Source: Azolla caroliniana
Lineage: Eukaryota; Plantae; Polypodiophyta
Direction of reading: 5' to 3'
Length of the DNA stretch: 64,000 nt
NCBI GenBank assembly: GCA_043228905.1
Contig: JBHGNT010000002.1
Span: forward strand, 6,200,001-6,264,000
Shown: positions 10,813-22,500 of the stretch, piece after piece
Layout of the letters: each line of letters starts with the position of its first letter
Position numbering within the stretch: the first letter of the stretch is position 1
Notes under the pieces: generated by a model
What the model was told of the DNA's origin: nothing
The model's database searches: none
Seen by the model: only the letters and a program-made list of their open reading frames with translations
Made by a program: the position numbers and the translations under genes

Positions 10813-13800
10813 ATGAATATCTTCAGGAAGAAAACAACTGCAAAAGGTCTCTCTCCTTCATTTCTTTCTATCTCCTTCATCTCTTTCTATCTCCTTCATC
10901 TTTTTGTATTTGTCTCGCACTGATTACGTTATGTGCATCTGGAAGTGTATTTCTCTGTTCATGATTTTTGACACAATGTGAAGGTCGGACTTCATAGATC
11001 TATGGCTTATCATGTACATGTTTTTTTTCCTTCCTTGATGCTGTAAGAACTTTTGATTGGAATATATTTTCTTTCTCCTTGACAGATGCTTTAAAAGATA
11101 GCAAGAAGGAAATGGCTGTTGCTGCCAGAGGTGAGAGGTTTTGTTATTTCTAACAGCTTTTCAACTGTTTTCCTTCCAAATGTGTGTGCTTGAACTTGTA
11201 GAGCTAACCATGATCCATGGTTGTAGTTCCTTTCTTGAAGAATGCAACCTTAATCAAGTTTAAATCTAATCCGTGGTTGTATTTACTTCTTCATATTGCA
11301 CCGTAAGTATCAAGTCTGTTAGATTGGTACTCAGGAAACCATTAAATGCACTTAGGTAGTAAACCTAAATTAAGTTTCTTAGAATGTTACACATGAAACC
11401 CCTAAATGCTCTTAGGTAGTGAACCATAATCAAATTTCTTAGAATGGTACCAGCAAGACCATCATATAAAATTGAGTTAGGGAACCTTAACTAGATTTCT
11501 TAGAATGATATGCTTGAACCACTCTATGCATTTACATAGTGAACCTCAGTCAGGTTACATAGAAGGGTACTCTCGAAACCACTGCATGCATGATGTTGAA
11601 GCATTTCTGTTAAAAATTACAATTAAGTAAAATGCATCAATGTGATATTGTAACAGTAGAGTTTATGCATGTGGATTCGACTATCAAACAAAACCAATAG
11701 TTCTAATGTTACATTCTTTGTAAAAGCTCATTTGCATTTGGACTTTGAATCCATTTAACTACCACCTTAAATTCATTTTCTACAATGCAAGAATGAGGGT
11801 CTTGCGTGAACCTCATACTAGGGGCGCATAAACAAGGTAGCTTGAGCAAACCACCACGACAAGTATGGATGGAAAATAAACATAATATACAAACATACAC
11901 AGGAGGGTGGCTAACCTTTTATATATCTATAAAACCCTTGGCTTAGACTCTACTGACCCTTTGTGTATGCTTCTTTATTTTATTCCTAAGTCATAGGGGC
12001 AGTATTGAAGCCATAGGTATCACGTCTGTTCACATGCAAATGGGCCTATCTCTAGTCTTAACTTTGCCTCCTCATGAAGGTTTATATATATTAATTCAGT
12101 GGTCCTGTTGGCAAAATGTGAAGTTTCTACTGGCAAAGATCTTGTCTAAAACATTTAATCATGTTACCTTGAGGATTTTACTTCTCACAAGCTAATACGA
12201 TGATTTGGACCCCTTTCATATAGCTATGCATAATCTTACTGTTCATAAGCCCAAAGGTTGGTTTGATTCCTTGTCATAGATGGGGATCAAGATAGGGAGG
12301 CAATTATGAATCAATTGGTTATCATAGATAGAAGCAGATGGAGAATCAAATCACAATGTTCTTCTCATTCATTTACATGACATCTATGATTGTTAAAATA
12401 ATATGTGATAGCATCTCAACTTGCGCAAATGACATGAACAATAACATAAACCGAATTTACAATAAGTTACATTATGCAAATTGCTCCTCATATGATAAAT
12501 TCTGCATATGAATGGTTGAACTCATTCAGATGATTTTTGTTTGCTGAAATGTTGACAATTACTTTTGCAGGGATTGAGCGTGAAATTGCAACCCTGCAAA
12601 TGGAGGTAGGTTCTGTGAATAGACATTTGGAATCTGGATTCAACTCATTTATATGTGGAAGTGCTAAAATTCAATTATTACTCCAGGAGAAGAAACTCCT
12701 TGCCGAAATAAAGAAAACTGCAAAGACAGGCAATGAGGTGAGGCTCTCTCTATGTCCCTCTGAAGCATTCCAATAATGTTGTAATGATATTTGCATCTCC
12801 ATCCATGTAGTTTGTAACTTGTACTGAAAGGAAGTAGCATTCCAATAATGTTATAATGATATTTGGGTCTCTATCCATGTACTTTGTAACTTGTACTGAA
12901 ATGGAGTTTTCGCAGTTGTGTGTTATCGTCTTCTTTTGATTATATCTTACATTTGTATCATGTATTAGATTATGCCTGTAACTTTTGTCTCAGAGGTCGT
13001 TGTGGCTTTTGTAGATGGTAAACAATAATTTCATTTCATTTCACTATTGCTCTCTCTCTCTGTGTATGAAGTGTCCCTCATGCAGGCTGCAACTAAAATA
13101 TTAGCTAGAGAATTGATTCGGCTTCGGCAACAGATTGCGAAGCTTCAGGGCAGTCGAGCTCAGGTGCGGGGTGTTGCAACACATACTCAGGTGGGTACCC
13201 TTCTCGTTAATCCTTCTCAAAATGTGTAGTGTGCTTACTGTAAATCTTGCAGTTGCAATAATTGGCGTAAAGGGCAATGCTATTAAATTCACCATATCAA
13301 ACCTGTTGCTTGAGACTTGAATCCAATATAACAAAAGATTTATCAAAAACACACCATTACTTTGTGAATTGTAAGCAATAAGCAGTGGGACTTATAAAGT
13401 CTCTTGCATGATTTATAAAGCTAATGCCCTCACATAGTGCTTTAGTATTTAATGTCTTGGTTCCTTTAGTACTGCTAATTCTCTCTGTGTTGATTATTTA
13501 CAGGCTATGTACGCCAATACAGCTGTTGGAGGTGCCATAAAGAGTGCATCCAAGGCTATGGAGGCCATGAATAAGGTTTACTATGTCAGTTTATTTCAGT
13601 TTCAACAGTGTTTTAGCATTCACTGCTTTATAAAGGAAAGCACCTCCACACGTTTTGTAGAAAATGGAACCAACAAAGCAAGCTAAGATAATACAAGAAT
13701 TTCAAAAGCAATCCGCGCAGATGGATATGACGGTAAGCATAATTTTTTGTTTTACTGTAATGAAATCTCAAATATCACATATGAAATGAGCGCTACCTTT

Positions 13801-14642
13801 TGCAGACAGAAATGATGGGGGATTCCATTAATGATGCTCTTGATGATGATGATGCTGAAGAGGAAACAGAAGACCTGACAAGTCAGGTAGCTATCAAAAT
13901 ATAGTCTATATATATTAGCAACATTCCATTGCATTAAGAGATGGTTACTTACAAAATAGTATCATTTTTATACTACTGTTTACGATCCTAATTCACTGAG
14001 TGATGTATACTTAAAATTTAAAAATCATATTGTTTGTATATTTGTTTACAAAATAGCATCGGTTTTATCTTTATAGGTTCTTGATGAAATAGGGGTTGAC
14101 TTTGCTGCTCAGGTATGTCCAATTTAGATCTTATTTTGGATGTAAAGGATATTATTTTCTATCATTTTCTTCCACGTATATGCTATGCAAATCAATGAAA
14201 GACATAAATATTTCCATGTGGAATCTGTTGCAGTTGTCTTCAGCCCCGAAAGCAAGGCTTTCCAACAAGGGTAGTCAAGTGGCAAGCAGGTAAATTTGGT
14301 CAAGAAAAATCTTGAAGTTAGTGTGTGTGGATTTCAAGTTAGTGTTTAGAGGCACATGCTGGTTGAGACAATCTTCAATACATTTTTGTGTAAAAATAAG
14401 TGATAGTTGAGGAATTGGCATTATATCGTTCATGGAGAGAATGTGAGTTAACCTAGTGGGTAATGCCCTTCCTCTTTAAGCCACAAGTACCATATTGCAA
14501 TTGGAGACCCTATTAAGTGAAGAAACCAGACATACATAAATTAATATTTATTATTTTCTGTTTATATTTATATCAAACCATAATCTTGTGCAGCTCCAAG
14601 ATTGGCGACCTTGAGGATAGACTCGCCGCATTACGAACCTAA
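10813..14642 (+). CDS. VPS2: ESCRT-III subunit VPS2 (CHMP2/SNF7 family, VPS2.2/2.3-like), 211 aa, 11 exons
   Basis: Exons 10813-10846, 11086-11130, 12571-12605, 12687-12737, 13086-13190, 13504-13575, 13661-13732, 13806-13886, 14077-14112, 14234-14289, 14594-14642. Protein MNIFRKKTTAKDALKDSKKEMAVAARGIEREIATLQMEEKKLLAEIKKTAKTGNEAATKILAR...QVLDEIGV...DLEDRLAALRT, ending in a MIM1-like motif. Confidence 0.95.
11240..11590. repeat. ~60-bp intronic minisatellite (~5 diverged copies) in VPS2 intron 2
   Basis: Units start near 11321, 11381, 11441, 11502 and 11561: AGAATGGTAC...GAAACC...TAGGTAGTGAACC...TTTCTT. Confidence 0.75.
12764..12901. repeat. 72-bp tandem duplication in VPS2 intron 4
   Basis: AGCATTCCAATAATGTT...GTAACTTGTACTGAAA occurs at 12764 and 12836. 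Confidence 0.85.
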
Positions 14643-15364
14643 TTGCCCCCACAATGCAACGAGTTTTGAATTCCAACAATTCACCCATCAATTTGTATAT
14701 TTATAAGCCCCAAATACACAGTGGCAGACATCATAACTTGAGGATGGTTGCAGGCTATTTTACTTGGTATGACCGTCTGGTGTATGAGGATTATATGATT
14801 GTATTCTATCGAAAGTTACTCTTTAATATAGTGCATTCTGGTGATATTACATACAAGTTTCAGTGCTAATCAATTGGGTCGTGAAGGTGATTGTATGAAA
14901 ATCAAATCGCTTTGGAGATACTATCAATTCAAACATCTGCTAGCTATTTCAGTTGGCAAGCCTGTTTCACATATTGTTGTCTAGAATGCTCTTTTTCCAC
15001 CTTAACAGTGAATGTGTGATGAGAACCTTCTATTGTCTCATCTATAGTAAATGAAAACTCCATACTTGTACTCTCTTTCTCACACCTCAAAACTACAGTT
15101 AAAGAAGTTTTTGATGCTACAATGCATCTAAGCTTATCCCTCATTTATCCTTTGGATGCTGGATGGTTCCAAGCCCCCATTCTTCTATCAAATTTCCTAC
15201 AACCATTCATATTTAAGCAACTCATTTAAGAGACTTTTGTAGTTTGGGTGAACAATGGTGTTGATTGTCTTAGCATTCTATAAACGGTGGGCATCTGTTG
15301 CATGAGTCATGTAAAGGTGAGGTTACAGTTGAACAATCAGTGTGACCATTGGCCTCAAAAGCTA

Positions 15365-15797
15365 AACACCAGTTTTTTGAACTCTAGCTGTGACAAACCC
15401 CTGTTATAATATTCATCAGATAGAAAATCATTCCGTCTAATGCAAGTAGGAAAATGATTTATCATTACTGCATTTTTGCTACAGCCTTAAAGCCATCCGC
15501 ATGTCTCAAAATCACCATATCTTTACACTATATCATGCCACAGGACATAAAAAGCTGCTCAAATGCCCATAGATGGGTGTTGCTAAAGAACACCAGTTTT
15601 TTGAACTCCAGCTGTGACAAACCCCTGTTATAATATTCATCAGATAGAAAATCATTCCGTCTAATCCAAATAGGAAAATGATTTATCATTACTGCATTGT
15701 TGCTACAGCCTTAAAGCCATCCGCATGTCTCAAAATCACCATATCTTTACATTATATCATGCCACAGGACATTAAAAGCTGCTCAAATGCCCATAGA
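15365..15797. repeat. Recent ~209-bp direct duplication (period 224)
   Basis: AACACCAGTTTTTTGAACT...AAATGCCCATAGA at 15365-15573 and 15589-15797, nearly identical. Confidence 0.9.
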
Positions 15798-16221
15798 ACT
15801 GCACTAGGGTTATTCTGCATGTACTTTTTCATTGGTTTAATTTACAAACATGAAATCTATCTACCTTTAAGCAAAGAATTAGTACACTGGTTATTAAAAC
15901 TAAAGCATTTCTTTCTATCTTTGAATAGCTTCTCTCAGTTGCTCCAATTAATAATACAAGCCTGTTAAAGTCAATTCAAATTTTTGAACATTTTGAGTTG
16001 CAATAAATGAAAAACAAAAGAAACGATCAAGAAAAAACAAGGTAACCCTAGATAGAAGGTAGTTCTAATAAACTTTAGGCCAATTGATTACTCGACGATA
16101 AACACTGTTGAACAAACATAATGCCGATTACATCGCAAAGGTTATTGGTGACAATATCCTCCCCATCATCATCATCATCATCGAGGGTATGGAAATTGAG
16201 GTGCAAATTTGAGAGGAAAAA

Positions 16222-17582
16222 TCATGCACGTTTTCCACTATTAGGGTTACTACAAGGGCAAAGGACTTTCCTTCCTTTAGCTCTCCTTCTTCGGAGGATG
16301 TTTCTGCCACCAGGCGTGCGAAGGCGGACACGAAAACCTGATGTCCGTGCAATTGATTTCCTTGATCTTGATCTCTTTGTGCAACCCAAGGCCGGCTTTC
16401 CTGCCCTGACTTTCACCACAGAAGACCTTTGTGTTGACACGCTGCCCCATCCGAGATTTAGCCTTGGACTTAATGAACTTCCTGTTGTTTCACAAAATAA
16501 ATTAAACATATAAATACCCTAATTTTGATGAAAACCCTAAGATACTTGTACTTCTTTTGTGTAGAAATCCAAACATCTTTGTTCTTTTAGAACCCTAAAT
16601 CTTCATATTCTTTTGTTAAGAAAATCCTAAAATATTTTTTCTTGCTGAAAAACCCTAAAATCTTTGTTCTAAAACCTATGTTGTTTTGGAGCTTTTAAGG
16701 TTGTTGGTTGAAATCTCCATAAACAAGTTTATGGCTGCATTCCTTATAAGCAATCTTTCTATTCTTTTGTTTGAGTTTATGCACACATTGCTCCTGGTAA
16801 CTAACATGATATTACTAATCTGAAACCTATGCTGTTCTTGGATCAGAAACACTATTCGTAGTTCTTTACATGGGAAACCTAAACCGTTGTTCTCTTCTTC
16901 TGTTCAGAAACCCTAAATTCTTTTGCTTTCTTGTCGATAAACCCTAACACGTTGTTCTTCTTTTCTTCAGAGACCCTAATCATCTACTTTCAATCGCAAA
17001 ACACTCCAGCATGGTCTTCTGTTCAGAAAATCTTAAATTTGTTCTAGAATGCTGAAATTGATCTTCATTTAGAAATAAAAAAACGTCTTCTTTAATTCAG
17101 CGACACTGAAATGCTGTTCCTTTCTTCAAAACCAAAGAATATTGATCTTCGTCTTCGGAAACCCTCAATGTTTAGAAATTCTACAAAATTTTCTAATTTC
17201 CTTCAGAAACCTTACAATCTATGCTTCTTTTTTTAACTTTTCTTGTTTCTTTTAGGAATCTCTTGTTCTTTCCTTCAGAAACACTAAAACCTCCATCTCT
17301 TCTTTAGAAACATTCAAAACCTTCTCCCTCTCTTAAGAAACCTTGGGACACATCTCCCTCTACACTAATCAGATAGGCAAAGATAGATTTCCATTAGAAC
17401 CGAAGGACAAGAGAAATACCTGAGAAAAAGGAAGAAGAAGGCGATGAGAAGGATCGGGCCACAGGAGAAGAGGATTGACGGAAGTTAGACCTGCCTTTGG
17501 AACAAGACGAAGAAGAAGACGAAGACGAAGAAAGCAAAGGAGCTCCTAACCTCATCACTCCCATGGACATCGCCATAGCCAT
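16222..17582 (-). CDS. RPL34: Nucleus-encoded plastid 50S ribosomal protein L34 precursor (140 aa, 2 exons)
   Basis: Exon 17582-17420 encodes a Ser-rich transit peptide. Exon 16481-16222 encodes the bL34 core TKRSRSRKSIARTSGFRVRLRTPGGRNILRRRRAKGRKVL. GT-AG, phase 1. Confidence 0.93.
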
Positions 17583-17714
17583 AGCTCAGATGCTGCTTCT
17601 CTGAAAGATTGGGATAAGGAATGAACTGCTTCTCATCACTTCCCTCTCTCTCTCTCTCTAATCTCATGGTTCCTGATAATTACAGAAATAGCCCCATCTT
17701 TTATAAGGAGCTCC

Positions 17715-17872
17715 CGAGGCCAATTTTTATTCTAGTCTTTAGAGGTCAATTTAATTCTAGTCTTCGGAGGTTAATTTTATTCTAGTCTTCGGAGGTTAAT
17801 TTTATTCTAGTCTTCGGAGGTCAATTTTTATTCTAACTCTTTGAAGATCAATCTTATTCTAGTCTTCGGAGA
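17715..17872. repeat. ~25-bp tandem repeat upstream of RPL34
   Basis: About 6 copies of TTTTATTCTAGTCTTCGGAGGT(T/C)AA. Confidence 0.85.
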
Positions 17873-18436
17873 CCAAAAGAGAGTGAATGTGCGTTGCTTT
17901 TTTTACTGGCCCTCGGTGCTATGCTTCGTACCTTCACTTACAATGAATGTCTCGATTGAGAGTGAACATCATCATGATTGCGAGAGGAAATATCCGTGCC
18001 AAGGATCGAGGTTGTGGCGAAGATGTGGGGACTACGTAGTTGACTCTCATCAAAAGGTTATATCAAAGCATGATTGATACTCCAACTCCTAGACTTTGTT
18101 TAGGGCCAAACAATGCATAGTCGACTACTCTCATCACTTGTGCACCCCTACATCCCGCCCCACATCTATGTGAGTGTGAACTAAGTAAGTTGTATGGAAG
18201 CAAGAGTGCAACTCTAACATGTGTAACATGTGTCAAGGTGCATTTTTTTCTTGTTCTACGAAAAATATGGTTTTGTAATCAAGTGCAACATATGTAATAG
18301 TATACTAATGTGTGGAGCTTGAGCCTCCACATTTTGCCCATGTCATGATACATTAGCATTGCAAAATGACCTTGTTCACAAAGAGATCTATCGATGCATC
18401 ATGAAGTTGGAGTATTGCATCCATTTGCTTGGTGAG

Positions 18437-21400
18437 TGTCAGGAACAGTATTATTAAGACAGAGAAGGACTTCGTACTAAAAGAAGTATTAGTACTAAGT
18501 GAGGTGAAGAACTCTCGAGAGAAGGAAAGAGTGAGTGAAAGGGAGGGAGGGAGGGAGAGAGAGAGAGAGTGATGATAAGAGAAGATATATATTATGTGAA
18601 GAGAATGTACAGTAATAGCTAGGAGGCTTAAGACTGGCGTTGAACCGATTTGGTTCGAAATAATGCCTTGTGCCTCTTTTTATAGTGTTCTAAGGAATAC
18701 TCCTGAAGTTTCTAGAATGTTCCAGAGAAATTTGGAATATACATCAATTTTCTATAATAAAACATAAATGAAAATAATATTCTATGTATTACAATGTATG
18801 GTCTAATGGTCAAGAGCTCGACCCATGTAGCATAAGGTCATGGGTTCGAGTCTTGCCATATCATGACACTATCCCCCTTTTCAAACGACGAGTGTAACGA
18901 GTCGTTTTGGATTGAGGACCTGGTTTGTTTGGATATTGACGATGGAAGTCTTCAAGAAGAGCACGAGCATTGGTGACATTCTCTATAGGTTCCCAAGTAC
19001 GCTCGCTGGGACTATATCCTAGGCAATCGACTAGATAGTAGAGCTTGTTGCGAACAATCTTGGAATCAAGGATGGCGTCCACAAGGATGGCGTCCATCTT
19101 CAAGCTTGATGGGGGGTGGAGGCTGTGTAATACGTCCTGGGATGGTGCTCTCTTGGTAGGGTTCGAGGAGAGAACTATGAAACACCGGATGTATCCGAAG
19201 TTGCGGAGGTAGATCGAGACGAAAAGCGACATCATTAATCTTTCCTGTAATACGGAAAGGACCTAATCGCCGACAATCCAACTTCTCGCATGGGCGAGTA
19301 GTCTTGATGTGTCGTCGTAGTAGCCATACCCAATCTCCAATGTTAAAACTGGATGGGAATCGATGACGATCCGCATAAACCTTGTATGTTTGTTGAGCTT
19401 GTTGGAGATGAGTAGATAAATCCTCTTGTATCTTGTGTAACCGCTCTAAAACGATCCTCCGCGGAAGGATTTGTGGACAACTCGAGGGTTTCAAGTACAC
19501 ACCACCGGGGGTGACATCCCGTATAAGCATAAAATGACGTAACTTTAGTCGATGCGTGGATAGAGTTATTATAGGCAAATTCGGCGAAGTGGAGAATATT
19601 TGCCTAGTCATCCTGATGATAGCTGAGAAAGCACTGCAGATACTACTCCAGCGTTTGATTGGTTCGTTCAGCTTGGTCGTCGGTTTGTGGGTGGTAGCCG
19701 GAGGAGAGGTTACAAGTGACCTTGAGCATTTTGAAAAGGTGCTTCCAGAATTTTGATACGAACTGGGGTCCACGCTCGCTGATGATACTATCGGGAAGTC
19801 CATGATGCCGACATACTTCACGCATGACAATTTCGACAGTGTCTTCACTGGAGATTTCCTTAGTACATGGTAAGAAATGAGCCATCTTCGTATATCGATC
19901 TACCACTGTTAGAATCGCATTGAACCCCTTAGAGACTGGAAGATCTGTGATGAAGTCTAGAGTAATGGATTGCCACGACTTGCTTGGAATTGTTAATGGT
20001 TCTAATAAACCATATGGATGATGCCTTGGCATTTTCGCTCTGCAGCATATATCACAAGTCCGAACAAAATCTTCGACAAATTGTCGCATACGGGGCCACC
20101 AGAACGATCGTTGTACTAAATCTAATGTTTTAGTACTACCAAAATGCCCAATTGTATATGTGTCATGATAGTTTTGTACTACTCGAAGGCGACAAGAACC
20201 ATTAGGAACATACAAAAGTTCTTTAAAGAAGAGTAATCCATCATGGTATTTGAATTGCCGATAGTCCGTACCTGGTGGTTGCGACTGTGAACATGACGCT
20301 CGAGAGGGATCAATTTGTGCTAGTATAGCTTGGGCGAAAGCATCTGTCTTCAGGTCCACACATATGCTATTGATAACATGAGAATCCATGGGCATGCCAA
20401 AGACCTGTGTTGCTTGCAATCGTGCCAGTCCCAAGATTACTTGCTTTTGGTTATCAAAAGCTGGCTCGCCGGGACGCGGTGCTAGGTACGAACGCCGTGA
20501 TAATGCATATGCTTTCCCTTGATGCTTCCCAGGTCAATATGTAATCTTGAAGTCGAAACGCGTGAGAAAATGGGCCCACCGAGCTTGACGTCGATTAAGA
20601 CACGAGCGTCTTGAAAATAGGCAAGGTTTTTGTGGTCACTGAATACAGTGACTTGATGAGAAGATCCCTCTAGAAAATGCCTCCATTGCATAAAAGAGTC
20701 CACTATAGCCAATAGCTCTTTATCATGAATTTCGTAGTTGATTTCGGCGGCGTCAAACTTGTGTGAGTGAAAAGCCACAGGATGTAGCTTTTCATCATTA
20801 CCTCGTTGTGATAGAATGCTCCCCAATGCAAAATCCGATGCGTCCGCTTCGATGATGAATGGTGTTTCTGGATCAACGTGAGCTAGAATCGGAGCCGATG
20901 TAAATGCCTATTTAAGATTCTCAAAAGCCATATCCGCTTCTTCAGACCAAACGAACGATTGTCCCTTCCTAGTAAGTTGTGTAAGAGGCAAAATGAGCTT
21001 TGAGTAATCTTTTATAAAATTTCGGTAAAAATTGGCAAAGCCTAGAAAGTATTGCACATCCTGCACCGAACGCGGAGTCTACCATTCTACCACCGTTTTG
21101 ACCTTAGCTTGGTCCATGGAGATGCCTTCTGAGGAAATGACATAGCTGAGAAATTCCACCTGGTTGCACCCGAAACTACATTTTTCTAGCTTTGCATAAA
21201 GACCATGTTCTCGAAGTCGTTTTAGTACTAACAATACATGATAATCATGCTCTTCTTGGGTCTTTGAGTAAACCAGTAGATCATCCAAATAGATGATTAG
21301 ACACACATCCAAGAGATCTCGGAAAATATCATTTGCCATGTGCTGGAAGATTGCTGGCGCATTAGTGAGGCCGAACGGCATGACCGTATACTCGAAGTGC

Positions 21401-22500
21401 CCATATCTGGTGCGGAATGCGGTCTTCCATTCATCTCCTGGTCGGATCCATACGAGGTTATAGGCTCCCGTAAGTCGATCTTTGTGAAGAACCTGGCACC
21501 ATTGATCCGTTCTAAAAGACTTGAGATAAGGGGGAGTGCATACCTATTTCGGATTGTAACCTTATTCAAGCCACGATAATCTACAACGAGACGAAGTGAG
21601 CCATCATTTTTCTTGACGAAGAAAATGGGTGCGCCGGCTGGAGATTTCGAATGCCGTATGAAACCATTCTCCAAATTCTCCTCTATATAGGCTCGAAGGA
21701 CTTCCACTTCGGTTGGTGACAGATTGTAGATCGGTCCCCATGGTGGCTCTTTCCCCGGTTGTAAATCGATGGGGCAATCATATGGTCGATGGTGAGGAAG
21801 CATATTGGCTTGTACTTTATCAAACACATCGGCATAATGACGATACTTCTTTGGAAGTTGAATGGTGGATTCCTCTTTAGTGGTGCTGGAGGGTTTTACT
21901 GATATTGTGAAGAGGAACATTTCTTCCTTGCGTCCTTCCTCATGCAACTGATGTAGTGAAATCGTTGCAATCTCATGAGTAGACCCTCGGGCTTTTCGAT
22001 GCCGGATTTCTCTTGTCCGCCAATCTATGTCTGGGTTATTTAATTCGAACCATGGTAATCCTAAGACAACGGGGTGTTCTGGGATGCTAATTATATTAAA
22101 TGATACGACACATGCTAGATTATCTAGGACAATATTAACAAGCTCTGAGTCTTCTATGATATTTCCGGAAGCAATGGGACGACCATCAATGACTACTACA
22201 GAGGCAGGACACGGGAGTTTTCTGAGAGATATCTGATGAGCTTGGGCAAATTTCCTATCCATGAAGCAAGAATTAGCTCCAGAATCTAGAAGTGCTAAGA
22301 CATGTACTGGAGGAGTACTTTTAGTACTAACTGTTACTTGGGCTACGAACACATTGCTAACTTGCTTAGAGGGAATGGAACAATTAATGGGATGCACAGA
22401 TCTAGGGTTCTCCAACCAAACGGCTCCTATTTTGGCTGGATTCAGTCGTTTAACTCTTCCTCTAACTGACGAAGGACATCAAATTTGTTCGCTACATTTT
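18437..22500 (-). mobile_element. Ty3/gypsy chromovirus (Tcn1-like): end of gag, protease, RT, RNase H, integrase, chromodomain, PPT and 3' LTR; frameshifted
   Basis: ALLDSGA protease; [12 protein letters not shown]...VDYRGLN and [10 protein letters not shown]...YLDDLL RT; NYEIHDKELLAIV RNase H; GHFG...SGYHPQTD integrase; YYLVDCLGYSPSERTWEP chromodomain. PPT AAAAGGGGGATAG is followed by LTR 18437-18868 (TGTCA..TGACA). Confidence 0.93.

Noticed and set aside
17715-17872. CRISPR-like array
   Set aside because: Head-to-tail repeats without unique spacers, in a eukaryotic context.
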